The position numbers were made by a program, and so were the translations under genes. Below the pieces are notes generated by a model that saw only the letters and a list, made by a program, of their open reading frames with translations, was not told the origin of the DNA and ran no database searches. Shown here in pieces: positions 41,325 to 54,902 of a DNA stretch of 64,000 bases. Location: contig OX597814.1 in NCBI GenBank assembly GCA_951406725.2, forward strand, positions 120,280,001 to 120,344,000, written 5' to 3'. Origin of the DNA: Octopus vulgaris. Lineage: Eukaryota. Numbering within the stretch: position 1 is the first letter of the stretch; each line of letters opens with the position of its first letter.

Positions 41325-41831
41325 TCTCCCCTTCGCCGTTTGCTAACTGTCTTTTCTCTTTCTCTCTCTCTCTCTCATTACTCATATGTGACCATCGTCA
41401 ATCTTTCTTTTCCACACTTGACCATCTTTCATTTCCCTAAGGACTGTCCTAAGGACTTACGTATTCTATCTTTCTCTTCTAGCTTTTCTCTTTTCATAGA
41501 AAGTATTTCTCCAGCGTTCGCTATTTTACCCTCGTTCTGGTCTAACAACCCTGCTTGCTTCTTTCGTTCGGTTTCCTTCTATGTCTCCACTGTCCTGCAT
41601 TTGTTCCCAAATTTGAACCTCCAGAATACAAAATTATAGTTTGGTACTTATTGGAGCAACTGTCTTCGAAGACTCTTGTTATCGTTCAATGCACAAAATG
41701 AGGGGTTCATAGACAGTCAACAACTGATGAAGGGTCGTTCTTCGTTTTACTTGTGCTTACCATTCGTTGTTTGCGTATTGCACTAATTTGTTTTCGTATT
41801 TCATGTTGTTTACTCTTGGTGATGTCCTGTA

Positions 41832-41833
<2 letters not shown>
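41325..41833 (+). mobile_element. (TA)n-flanked non-autonomous element, family H3
   Basis: 3' ~190 bp (ttggagcaactgtcttcgaagac..aaatgagg..atagacag.caacaactga..gtcgttc..ttggtga.gtcctgtac) is homologous to the arms of 51826-52230. Confidence 0.7.
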
Positions 41834-41921
<88 letters not shown>

Positions 41922-41923
41922 TA

Positions 41924-42312
41924 GGCGCAGGAGTGGCCGTGTAGTATGTAGCTTGCTAACCAACCACATCATACCGGGTTCAGTCTCACTGCGAGGCACC
42001 TTGGTGAAGTGTCTTCTATTATAACCTCGGGCCGACCAAATCCTTGATAGTGGATTTGGTTGACAGAAAATGAAAGAAGGCCGTCGTATATATGTATATG
42101 TGTGTATATGTGTGTGTATTTGTGTGTCTTTGTTTGCCCCCTCATCCCCCCAAACATCAATTGACAACCGTGTGATTAGGTCCCCGTAACTTAGCGGTTC
42201 AGCAAAATAGACCTATAGAATAAGTACTACGCTTACAAAGAATAATTCCTGGGGTCGATTTCCTTGTATAAAGGCGGTGCTTCATCATGACCGCAGTCCA
42301 AAACCAAGAAAC
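41924..42312 (+). mobile_element. Near full-length SINE family A
   Basis: ggcgcaggagtggc head, gggttcagtc B-box-like motif, internal (TG) tract, 3' ccccgtaacttagcggttc..aataagtact..ggtcgatt. Confidence 0.9.
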
Positions 42313-44684
42313 AGTGCTGCCAAGTAAACCCTCTTCTACTGTCTATGGTAGAGTTGTATATGTAAAACACTCTGCGGGTAAGTCCGAAACTGACACTTGA
42401 TATACTTACGTACACAATCACATAAATCTGTGTATGTAAACATATGCACATACATATTTAACTGAGTGTGTGTGTTTGTGTGTGTGTTTGTGTGAATGTT
42501 TGTGTGAGTGTGTGTGCTTGTGTGCTTGTGTGCATATGTATGCATATAGATACAGGCACAGGCTATAATATTATTTCGTAGATGTGTGTTTGTACATGCG
42601 CGTATAATGAAAGTCGGTACTATAATAGACACGTCAATAGCTTGTTAATGAGTTGCAAAGTTAAAGTGACTTTTGATTGCCACCGATACTTTCCCTCTTT
42701 ATGAAAACCGTCACATTATCAGTCCTCACAGCTGAATTCAATCCTGAATCAACTCTCTGGCATTTTGTACAAACCCGTGTTTCTTTTGGCCATTTACAGA
42801 AACGTAGCATTTATTATATGTTTGTATTATAATTTATTATTAACCTTCTTTTCTTCATGCATCATTCACTACCTAACACGATCAGGCCTAGAAACATAAA
42901 CTCAGTTACAGATTCAGGATTTGAAAGGGTTATTGTTAACTATGGTGTTCCTAATTCTTTCTTCTTTCAGTTTTCAAAGCTTAATGTGATATTCTTCACA
43001 TGCAAGGACATATTGAGTGTATTGTTCACCATGAAGCAACATCGACCGGCTTTATTTTCCAACTTTGCACATGAATATTAACTTTTTTTTTCAGATCAAA
43101 TGTAGGAAGGTTTTGTATTTGATATTCCGTTAGTGCAAAATTTAATTTTCCAGATTATAATGCTCTACAGACACTCTGGCATTCTATTTCGCTTCCTATA
43201 TTGCTTCAGAACATTGTGATGATTGGAATTGCACAAAACTTTTCCGTGAATTCCGAATTCTATTTGCAATTTCTTCACCTGTATTTGCATTTTGCTTTAG
43301 CATACTGCTAATATATTTCAAGGAAAGCATGGTGGTGTATCAATGTTCTTCTGTATAACTTTACTTTTGAAATGCACACGAAATTTTCCAGACAAAATCT
43401 AATAAAGAATAACAGGTTTATCAAAATTATTTTGAAGACTAACACGTTTGCATACATGGAACCGTATACACATAAATTTGAATATGATATCATTTCATTC
43501 GACGTTCATAAATTAAATTATTATCGCATCCGAAGAAATTGTTATATTATTATTATTTTAATCACATGCTTCCAAGAACTCTCCGAAAACCGGTAATATT
43601 ATTCGTCTACTCCTTATCAATTTTGATGAAACTTGAGACCTGAGTATAACTCATATCTCGAAAGCTCATGGCATACTCAGATTGTTGAAAAAATAAACAA
43701 TGGGGCCTCTGGAAGGGATCCTTATATATATCTAATATATTTTATTTTAAAAACCAAGATAAATACCCATTCGCCCCTGGAAGGGAACTTTATATATGGC
43801 CAATGGAAATAACTAATTCATTTTCCAAAATTATTTAGTAAAAAGGAAATTGATTACACTTATTTCTTAGTATTTGAACTGTTAGAGTTATTTTCGCAAC
43901 TTGTCCAGTACAAACCTTAAACAAGTGAATAGTAGTTTGCTAAACACTCGATCCACTTATTTAGATTAGTGACTTATTCCCGAATATACCAACAGTAGCG
44001 CCCCTGAGGGTAATATTCTCTGGGAACGCATAAAAATTCCATTTCAGAGTGATTTACTTTGAATTGTTATTATCTCATATCCGATTAGCGTGTTATTAGG
44101 TAACATGTTTCACGATTTTAGTATACAAAGCTTATTAGTAACATGTGAACATATTAAAGCCCTTTTCGGGGCTATTTTATTTGAATGCTTACTATCGAGT
44201 AACTAAGCTCACGTTAATAAATAACTGACTGCACAATTTGAGTATTCATAACTTATTGGGTAATTCACAAAAATCTGATCCTGTGTAAAGCAGTTCGATA
44301 TTCTTTGTAAATACATAAAAACCGTTTTAAGGGCTACCTACTTTGTATTATTGTTATTGGATTAGCGAAAGAATTATTAAAACGGAACCAATGGATAAGC
44401 CCCGCTTTTCCAGGAATTTACGGGTACGTCAATTAGTGTTTCATACTTCCTTCTCAATCTTTGAATTTTACATTAGTCTGTTACACAAGGAAAATAGCAC
44501 GGCCAATAAACTTTCAATATACACTTATGCTTTTAAGTTCCTTTTCAGATGTAAATATCTTTTATGTAATTATTATTATAATTTAATCAAAACTTGCTAC
44601 CAATCAATACGTAGCTATTAATCCTTATGTCGAAATTTACATCGACATTTTGAAAGTTTAATTCAAGTTTCTACATTGGTTTCA

Positions 44685-44880
44685 AATGTTCGCACAAGGC
44701 CAGCAAGTATATTGATCGGTTACGTCGCCCTATTGCTCAACTGGTACATGTTTTATCAACACCAACATGATGATAGGCTAAGTTCACCCTGGTGGCATTG
44801 GAACTCAAAACGTAAAGAGCGACGAAATGCAGCTTGTCACATTGCCGTGCATGTGAATGATTGTTCCAGCTCATCGCCTT
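44685..44880 (-). mobile_element. SINE family C copy
   Basis: Homologous to 11395-11600. Confidence 0.72.
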
Positions 44881-45900
44881 AATGCGATGTAGCATATATT
44901 TCCTTGTCCCTCTTTTTGTGCATAACCTCCAAATCAAATCATTTTATGTAGGCACATTGTGTCGACCATGAAATTTTTACAAATATTTAGTTGATAAAAT
45001 TTAATGATTTAAACACAAAAATTAATTAATATAACATGATAGCAAATATAGCTGATAACAAAGTTATATTTACAAAATACGTTATGTTACTATACATTTT
45101 TTATTGTAAAGCATATCTATAACTACAGTAAAATTTATCCTTTTTTCTTCTTCCTCCTCCTTTTCTACTTAGGTTAAAGTGTCCTACAGCGAAATTTTAG
45201 TACTATCGGCTAGTATTGAATTTTTTTTTCACTTTCATGAAGCGTCAAATGAAAGTTTATCAAAAAGAAGTTTATCAAGTTATGAAGTCTTCCAACCCCA
45301 CTCCCCCGTTTGAATATCGAGTGGTGCAGGTGAAAGGAGGGGGAAAAGGTAACTCATGTGAGCACCTGAACTCACTGCACAATAATGTAAATATGTTGCA
45401 AAGAATGAAAGCTTGGGAAATTCGTCCTAACAATGCTTTATTCTGTAGTGATGAGATTTTATCATGACAGGATGACTGATTTACTTTCGGTTTAACTGTT
45501 TTGAAATAAGCCCGTGTTTTTGCAAGCTAGTTTTCGATTATATATCTTCTTTAGAAGTACGAGGTAGCAGGGTTTCCCCCTTTATATTTCTACTTACTTT
45601 TTTTTTTAAAGTAATGTAGTTATATTTGTGGTTTTACTAATAGATATTAAATGTAAGATTGGAAGCGAAATATGATGTTCCCAGGTTTATATCAAGACAC
45701 AGTTTTAGGATTTCCACAGATTTTACTTTTCTGTTTATAAGTTATAATCAGTATTCTTCTCCTCAAGAATTTATAAGCTGCAAACATTAGAATTGTTAAC
45801 GGCGAATGAAAGGATTTTTAGTGGCAAACTGATGAGTTGTTTTCAATTTCATATTTTTATTTATCATTCAATTTATTTTCTTGCTTCCCACTACATTATA

Positions 45901-47850
45901 ATGAGCAAAAAAAATGTTGCACCAGCCAAAAATCCGAAAGACTGGCTTAAGATGCCAGCGTTTACTAAGTGGTTGTGTGAAGTACCTAGTGACCAACCTA
46001 GAGCATATTACAGATATTGTAGATGTAATATGTTGGCAAAATACTATCTTTTAGTAAGTCACTGTGAAGCAAAGAAACATAAGGCATCAACACCACAACA
46101 AAGGATTCCTCTTACCAATTTTATGAAAATCAAAAATCATAAGACGTCTATGCTTGAAGCAAATACAGCAACGTTTATTTGTTGCCACGTATCATTTAAT
46201 AGCTGCGATCACTTAATACAGTTATGTAAGAATTATATGTCTGATAGTGATATTATGTTCAAAGTGAAGTTGCATCGTACTAAATATGCAAATATTGTGA
46301 GAAATATTGTAGCTCCATATTTTGAAGGAGATTTGATTTCTGATATAGGAGATAGAAAATTTAGCCTGTTATTAGATGAATCCAATGATATATTTATAAG
46401 CAGGTTGTTAGGAATTTTTCTCATATATTACAGTGACACTCACAAAAAAGCGGTACATACATATCTCAGTATGGTATCTTTAGAAACATGTGATGCAGTT
46501 GTCATTGTAGATGCCTTAAAAATTGAATTAGCGAAAAAGAAATTAGATATAAAAAATTTACTGACTATAAAAACCGACAATGCTAGAGTAATAATAGGAG
46601 ACAACAATGGTGTTTTCTAGAAATTAAAATACGTTACATCAGTATTCCAATTTAGATGTGTATGTCATTCTTTACAATTGGCAGTATCCAACACTTGTGC
46701 TGAATGCCTGCCAATAAAATTAGAATTTTTAGTATCCGAAACCTATAAATGGTTCTCTTATTCTTCAACAAGAAGAAATGCCTGCAAACAACTTTACTTT
46801 GCTATGATAAAGAACCTTTGAAGATTGTGAATTCTTGTACAACTAGGTGGCTGTCAACAGAACCAGCTGTAAATAGAATTTTAAGCCAATGGTTTGAATT
46901 GCTAGCTCACTTCCAAACTACAACTACAAAAGAAAAATGCTTTACAGCACAAGCATTACATGAAATGTTTTGTGATTCTAGGAATGAAATTTATATTTTA
47001 TTTTTGCATCCAATTTTAAAGCATGTTCAGGAATTGAATAAACTGTCGACAAATCAAAATTAATTGAAGATATTTCAAATCTGTTGCAGATATGATAGTG
47101 TTGCCAACATGTAGAATGGATCCTCTTCATCCCGATGCTTCTATTGAAAAGGTATTTGATCCTAAACCAAATTTAGGCTACAGGTTCGAGAGGAAGAGTA
47201 GAAATGATTATCAACAAGACTGTAACAGCCACCGAAGAAAATAATATTCGCAAAAGAGCACAACAATTTTTACTCTGCCTTTATAAAGAGCTCAAGCACC
47301 GTTTGCAAGAAAATATTAATATACTGAGGAATGTCTCATGTTTTTCAGTAGAGAAGATTTTGCAACATTCCAAAGAGCCAAGTTTACCTGCCTTAGAAGC
47401 AATGTATTGAAATGAAGAAAAAATTACTTCAATTGAAATATAGTTTAATAGCATTCATTTAGTTAAATGGACAAATACGTCTAATGCTGACATATTCTGG
47501 CTGGAGGTCTCAGAATATAAAGATGCTACTGGAGGAAATCTTTTTAGAGATGTTGCAGATTTTGCTATTAATCTATTGACATTGCCAAACTGAAATACAG
47601 AAGTGGAACGGTCGTTCAGTTGTATGGGAGTAATCAAACCAACATTGGAAGCCAAAATGCCTATTCCTATGCTTAGATCAATATTCTCTATAAGATATAG
47701 CCTGTAAAACTATTGCAAATGTTGCAACAAATTCGATATTCCAAAACACATATTTAACAAGATATGGACCTTGAATGTATACAGAATTCAAGACATAGGT
47801 ATTGCAGCTGAAAGTGATCAAATCAGTGAAATTCAAGAAATTATTTCTCG
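45901..47850 (+). pseudogene. Decayed hAT-superfamily transposase (ZNF862-like type)
   Basis: N-terminal Zn-finger remnant YCRC..LVSHCEAKKH, FSLLLDESND, TDNA, CVCHSLQLA (CxxH), TRWLS, and C-terminal dimerisation motif LP.*NTEVERSFSCM. Stops and frameshifts. Possible TIR remnants cagggtttcc (45568) and gttggcaaaattg (47985-47997). Confidence 0.9.
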
Positions 47851-48634
47851 ATGATGAATATAATTAAAGTAAATGAATAAAAATGTAAATAAAAACCAAA
47901 CTTTTTATATAAATATTATTTAGCATTTTATAGCATTTTTTAGTATATTTTCTACTAAAACTTAGCAAAAAAGTGTGATTTTAAGTTGGCAAAATTGCAA
48001 AGGGCTCTATCAAAAGTAATCCATGATTCAGGAAAATAAACAAAACCCGCCAATATTTCTGCCTTGTATGTGTTCAGGTTGAAGATAACAAAATGAAATG
48101 AATCTCTGTAAACAATTGTCGAGCGTTTTCTACTTTAATCCATTCAGACTGATAACTGCTTAGATAATCTTTCTGACTTTTATCAAATTAGAAATGAGTT
48201 TTGTGCGGTCGCCGGAAGACGACATATTACATTTCATTTTCACACTTATATTCGTGAAATACTGTCAGATTTATACTCCATTTAAAGTACTCGATATTTC
48301 ATTTAGTAATCAGTTTATAGAAAATACATGCTATTACGTGTTGTAATTCGATGCATTTTGAAACATTTGCAGCTGCTCATGAAAACTCCATGAATTAGAA
48401 TACATTAAACTAAGACATATTTATTCAAAGTTACAACACTCGTGAACAGCAAATATATTATTCCTATTTTCTTTCATTACCAGTGTATCTAAATACATAT
48501 CGACTAATATACACTGGCAGTCAGTAATAAAATCGTTGAACCATTTATCTAGTTCGAAAGGGGTGAGACACATATAGGTATCCAATTTTTTTATGCCATA
48601 GCCTTTTGCATATTCTAGCATGTCCTTTTTCCAG

Positions 48635-48901
48635 AAACATAATTCTAGATACTGAAATCAATTTGAAGTTTGGAAAGCTTCTGTTGGGCGTCAGACACGA
48701 GAACCGAATATGGTTAGGTAGCGATTTGAAACTACCACAAATTTGCATCTAATTATCCTTGCATCATCATAACCTTGTTTGTCTTACCCGAGACATGAAA
48801 TTTTATCAGCAACAAATGAAGGGATTTCACAAGAATTATCTCATGTGCATGCTAAATACCAGATGGAATTCTTGTAATAGAGATACAGAGCTTCAGGAAA
48901 G
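48635..48901 (+). pseudogene. Candidate decayed exon (267 nt, one in-frame stop)
   Basis: cctttttccag acceptor, AAG|gtaact donor; NIILDTEINLKFGKLLLGVRHENRIWLGSDLKLPQICI*LSLHHHNLVCLTRDMKFYQQQMKGF... No family recognised. Confidence 0.25.
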
Positions 48902-49976
48902 GTAACTGTTTCTGTATATATTTTTGTCATGCCACTTGCCTTGATTAATTATCTGAAGTGAACTATATAAGACTTTGTCCCCGGCAAAGATCCCCAGTAC
49001 AAACACCGAAAAATGTTCATATCATTATATACACTTTGCGTTTTTGTAACATATAAGTTTTCCTTGTATGAAGAGAAACGAACGATAGCTTCCTGCGGTT
49101 TGAGCAATACAGAATTCGGCACCAAATAATGGATTCTAATTGGATTCTAATACCTAAAATAAGTACGAGTTTGGACCACTGCATACACGAGTGCCCCAAG
49201 AAAAACTTACCAACGCTGGATTTATGATTATCTCACCATTGAACCTTCTATGTTTAAAGACCAATGTATTGAGTAATAATGAAACTCCCGAGGTACAGCT
49301 TTACCTCATGCTCCAGTTGAGCCCTAACTGACCTAGAAATGTAAATATCGATATCCAGCTGCAATAATGCGTTTGCGACTGATAATCCTTACATTATTAA
49401 AATTGCTTTTAAATCGTAATTTAATGTGTACGTGTGTGTATGTATATACAGAAAAACACCTTCGATTTCAAGGACATTAATGATCATCTAGCATGATCAA
49501 TATATACAAAATATACATATTGGATTCTTCAGGAATTCCCCTAAATATATAAATCAGATTTAATGAACTCATTTAAGAGATACCTAAGAGGTGTTTACAA
49601 AACTTGCTTTGCTTGCGATATATATATTAGAAGAAATGGAGTACTAAGAAATCAGGATGATTTTATATTTACATGTATTAGTATGTTACATGTTTTTATA
49701 TATCATATGTCATATAATAGCACTTTCGTCCACTCTAGTGGAGTTTTCAAATTGAACTAACTTTTGCAGGAACTTTGACTCTTTTCATAGTATTATTGAG
49801 TGTGTGGAGAGATATAAGATAGTACAAGAAGGTGAGGAATGGGGAGAAAGTGAGAGAGAGCAGGTGTGTGTGTGTTTGTATCTGAAAGACGTGTATATAT
49901 CTATCTATTTATCTATCTATATGTATATATATATATATATATATACTCAAAATAAGCAACAAGAATGACTCCGGTA

Positions 49977-50066
49977 ATTTGGTACGATCGTTTCGTACTA
50001 CATCATTTTATTAAATGTTGTAAGTATTACAACAGTTTTAAAATGCTGAGTACTCATCAGCCAAAT
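49977..50066 (-). ncRNA. Type I hammerhead ribozyme with long stem II insertion, intact core
   Basis: Minus strand: ATTTGG-CTGATGA-GTACT-[~49 nt]-AGTAC-GAAA-C(gatc)G-TA-CCAAAT. Palindromic stem III ACGATCGT, GUA cleavage triplet. Confidence 0.9.
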
Positions 50067-50701
50067 ATAGAGGTTTTCCATTAATACAAAAATTTTCATA
50101 TCAAGAGGCAATACTATCTCACTTCCATTTCTTAATATATAATTAGTCTAAGATATCTTTACAAAATATATTTAACCAAATAGGAAAGAATATACCATAC
50201 TGGTTTTAGTTTATCACACATAAATGATTAAAAAACTTCATTACAAACTTAGAATTAAATTCTCCTTTTTTATAGTGTTCTCCAATATTGTTGCAATGAT
50301 ATGCATATGGTTTGTAAGGTCTCTGCATTCTCTGGGAATATTATTGTGACCTTTTGACATTGACCTAGTTCTCCTAACGCTGAATCTGTTCATCAAATAT
50401 TAGTAATTGGCATTTAGTTGTGACAATGGTGTCTCCCACACAAATTCCTTATATGGAGCTATGACATCTTCATTATCCCATTTCTATAATTAGAAAATCT
50501 TTATTGCCTCCTCTCACTTGTTCTTCATTCTCAGAACCTTAAAGTAGTTTGGAACAACTGAATCTTAGTCAGTCAGTTAATGAGCTCCACTACCTCAAAT
50601 GTTCTTAAAATTTAAATCCACATCTTTGTTTATGTATCTACCTTCTCTATAATATTGCCACTTGATATGAAAATGTTTGTATTAATGGAAAACCTCTATA
50701 A

Positions 50702-50787
50702 TTGGCTGATTAGTACTCAGTATTTTAAAACTATTTTAACACTTACAACGTTTAATAAAATGATGTAGTACGAAACGATCGTACCAA
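50702..50787 (+). ncRNA. Second hammerhead copy, core mutated (CTGATTA, G8->U)
   Basis: TTGG-CTGATTA-GTACT...AGTAC-GAAA-CGATCG-TA-CCAA. Confidence 0.8.
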
Positions 50788-50917
50788 ATCACTGGAGTCA
50801 TTCTTGTTGCTTATTTTGATTATAATTACCCCACGGATATTTATGGATAACACCATACAGAATTCTGGTGCATCTAAATTAAATAACATATTCATTTGAA
50901 TCTAAATTTTTGCTGAA

Positions 50918-50961
<44 letters not shown>

Positions 50962-51693
50962 AGACAAGAGGTAATTTTTGCCTCTTTTATGGAGACAAAA
51001 GAGTTTATAAGACTGCAAAAAAGAAGTGTTCGAATGTAATTGAGACAGAGATAAATACAAAAAACTTTAATCAAAGAACAAACATCAACTTCGATTTAAC
51101 GACATTATACATAACACCATACATAACGAATAATTTGTTGAGATTCCTGTTCATTCCGATGATGGGGCCATTGCCGTGATGCACCTTAACTCGTAATCGA
51201 ACAGCGGCAGTGAACTCCCGAAATGGCCATTGATTACTTTCATTTGATTTTGTGGAAATACCATGGTTTTTATGTAATGAAATTTTTTGACATATAATAT
51301 TTTTTTTTATTTGAGAGGATTAAAAAAAGGGTTTTTTTTAGTCAATTGATATTTTATTTTATTTAGATTTGTAATCGCATGACACGCTTGAAAATTTTTA
51401 GTCGATTGTATATACCGTATTGATAGGCCGTTCTATATGTCTAGTTTTATTTTGACATATAGTTTTACTTTCTGTGTTTTTTATATATGTATTCTTTATA
51501 CGTTGAAAGGCCATGGTAATATTTATATACGATCGAATGTTTGGAGGCGCGGTGTTATATATAAGGTCGTTAGCTCAAATTTGATGTTTATTCTCTGATC
51601 AATGGTTATATATATATAGAGAGAGAGATAGATACATAGATAGATACATAAATACATACATACACACAGACACACAGACACATACACATACAT

Positions 51694-51753
<60 letters not shown>

Positions 51754-51825
51754 TTGGAAATGGAAGCGTGGCGCTCAATCAAATAATAATATAAATAATA
51801 TGTATATAGAGGTTTATATGGGTAG

Positions 51826-52230
51826 AGGACGTCACGAAGTGTGTAAACAACATGAAGTACGAAAACAAAACGAGATGAATACGCAAACGACAGAAAAAAG
51901 GAAAACAGGACAAGTAACATAGAGAACGACGCTTAATGCGTTGTTGGCTGTCTATCTATTCCTCATTTCGAGCATTCAATATGGGTCTTCGAAGACAGTT
52001 GCTCCAAACTCCTACCCTCTAGAAATCCAAAATTATATTTTGAAATTAATGGGAGTAACAATTTATTGTCATTGAATGCTCGAAATGAGGAGTAGATAGG
52101 CAGATGACAACTGACGGAGTGTCGTTCTCTGTGTTACTTGTCCTGTTTTCCTTTTTTCACATCTTGTTTGCGTTGTATTTAACTCGTTTCTGTTCGTACC
52201 TTATGTTGTTTAGCCAGTTGGTGACGTCCT
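51826..52230. mobile_element. Family H3 element with ~155-bp imperfect inverted repeats between (TA)n tracts
   Basis: 51826-51980 vs 52071-52230 (aggacgtcac/gtgacgtcct; ctcatttcgagcattcaat/attgaatgctcgaaatgag). Confidence 0.82.
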
Positions 52231-52238
52231 GTACACAC

Positions 52239-52296
<58 letters not shown>

Positions 52297-52298
<2 letters not shown>

Positions 52299-52483
52299 GC
52301 TAGCACGCCGGACATAGTGCTTTGCTTAGCGGTATTTCGTATGTCTTTACGCTCAGAGTTCAAATTCCACCGAGGTCGACTTTGCATTTCATCCTTTCGG
52401 GTTCGATAAATTAAGTAGCATTTGCGTATTGGGTCGATCTAATCAATTGGCCTCCTTCCCCAAAGTTTCGGGCCTTGTGCCTA
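52297..52483 (+). mobile_element. SINE family C copy
   Basis: gagttcaaattccaccgaggtcgactttgcatttcatcctttcgggttcgataaattaagta..ggccttgtgcc. Confidence 0.82.
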
Positions 52484-53214
52484 GTGTATGTATGTATTTC
52501 AGCAAACTTCTAATTACAATCTACTTAATCTCGAACTGCTATGGGAATAGGAAAAGTGACTGTGTGACTGAGACATCAGATAAACTGTATCAGTCAATGA
52601 CGAAGAACACGTTCAAAGGGGGAATTCATCGGTAAAATTACCTTCGGAGCCATTATATTTTATAATTTTACAATAAGGCATGCTCTTGTATACAGAGGTA
52701 GGCATTCCCTTACGTTAAGTTGATAACGAGAGAGTACCAAGAAATAAGTTGGAGGCGCCAAAAACCGAAACGAAATGCCAAATGCTATCCACAAGTTGGG
52801 GGCAGAAGCAGAGGGAAATGACATCTATACCATTTTTACCTTTGGGGTAATTGCTAAAATATCGTTATATTTGTAATTCTCGAAAACAAAAACAAAAAAA
52901 AACATGAATTCTACTACTACAGTGAATCTAACACTGGGGTTTATTTCTAAAAAAAAATTATACTTTTATAAGCACAAGCATCTGTATCACATATATAATT
53001 ATATACATGCATACATACATACATATTTACATATATATATGTATATATAACAATAATACACACACACACAAGCACACGCATATATATATCATGTATTATT
53101 TCTACAAAAGACAACATATTCTCAAGGTATGTTATATACGATTAAAAATGCCAGCATGCAGAACAGTAACATAGCTATACACAAAAGAAATTGATATGCA
53201 CATGCATATAGCAA

Positions 53215-53224
53215 AATCTATGTA

Positions 53225-53285
<61 letters not shown>

Positions 53286-53426
53286 ATATATATATATGTA
53301 TGTATGCATATATATATGTATGTATATATATATATATATACGCATATATATATACACATATATATACATGTTTGTATATATATACGTATATATATACATA
53401 TATATATATATATACACACATATATA

Positions 53427-53485
<59 letters not shown>

Positions 53486-53492
53486 CATATAT

Positions 53493-53523
<31 letters not shown>

Positions 53524-53560
53524 TACATATATACATGTATGTATGTACCTATATATACGA
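53215..53560. repeat. Long interrupted (TA)n microsatellite
   Basis: Direct reading. Confidence 0.95.
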
Positions 53561-53821
53561 ACAAGCATACACACACCCATAGTCGTTTTCCTGTGGATTA
53601 GCTAGATGAACATATTCGCGCAGTCTTATTTATGCAATTACAGAACATGTAATTTTCCTCATGCGTTTCTTTCACTGAATTATATATTTCTGCAGCGCCG
53701 TTAGCTGTACGTTTCATGAGAAGCTACGAGTTAAAATTCAGAACGAATAATTCTTTGCCTTTAACAATGAAGATAATTACATCAGTGAAATAGTACTGTT
53801 CTTTCATTTTTATGCATTATC

Positions 53822-53875
<54 letters not shown>

Positions 53876-54758
53876 GCTTCAACGTGTAATGGAAGTGCTT
53901 GCAAATGTCTATTTTTTTCCATTTTTATTCATCTTCAACACACATATACACCCACGTACTTAACGCCGCTTCATTATATCTCTCGACATTGAAAAAGAGA
54001 AATGCGCATTAGGTAATTATTTTCTATTGTCGTGTGTTCAAATCCTACACACACAACAGAACCACGCACATATAATATAAAAGTATACATATTTAGATAT
54101 GGAAGAATATATAATATATAATATATGATATAGAAATATGGAAGAAGAATATATATACGATAATGCTTGTGTATATGTATTTGTGTATATTTATACATAA
54201 GTTTGTCTCGCTCCTATGTATGCGTTTGTGTGTGTGTGCGCGTGAGAGAGAGAGAGAGAGACGGAATATTTTGTGTGTGTGTGTGTATAAGAGAGAAAGT
54301 GAGAGCGTGAGAGAGTGTGTGTGTATGTGTGTGCGTGTGTGTTTTCCTGTCTTATGTTCGCATCGTTTCGACCTATGAAGATCTAACGCAGTGGAATAAC
54401 ATGGAATCAAAAAGAAGAACATATACCGCTTCGCAAATCTGGAAAAATAATTACCGTAAAGATTATGAAATGCATTTCATCGTAACTTTTTTAATGTTAT
54501 TCTAAACAAAATTTCATATAATAGAAACGATTGTTTCTTTATGAAACTTATTATTATAGTTTTCCCCATGTATAAAGTGATATTTATCTATTTGTGTTGT
54601 TAGAATTACTCGGATATTCCATAGAAAAGGAACACATGTAACCAGAAGAGAAGATAAAGCGTGCAACATGCACAACACGTATTTACGCATAAATATATGT
54701 ACACACAAACACAAGGCCCTCACACACACGTGTGTGTGTATCTACATTTTATGTATAT

Positions 54759-54867
54759 ATGTAACTTCATCAATAAATAGAGAAATTATGTTTATATGTG
54801 TGTGTGTGTGTTTATAAATATATATATATATATATATATATGCATAAAATTGGTTTTATCTCTAATT

Positions 54868-54902
<35 letters not shown>

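Larger units (their letters stand above)
49945..50918. mobile_element. HHR-bearing Penelope-like non-autonomous element (family H2) with ~165-bp inverted pLTR-like repeats and a one-sided tail, in (TA)n
   Basis: About 49947-50113 is the reverse complement of about 50654-50819. Tail 50820-50918 is homologous to 61023-61143. TA tracts on both sides. Confidence 0.85.

Noticed and set aside
50230-50570. Possible decayed ORF in the H2 element spacer (minus strand)
   Set aside because: Several stops in ~100 codons, close to chance for AT-rich DNA; no RT or GIY-YIG motif.
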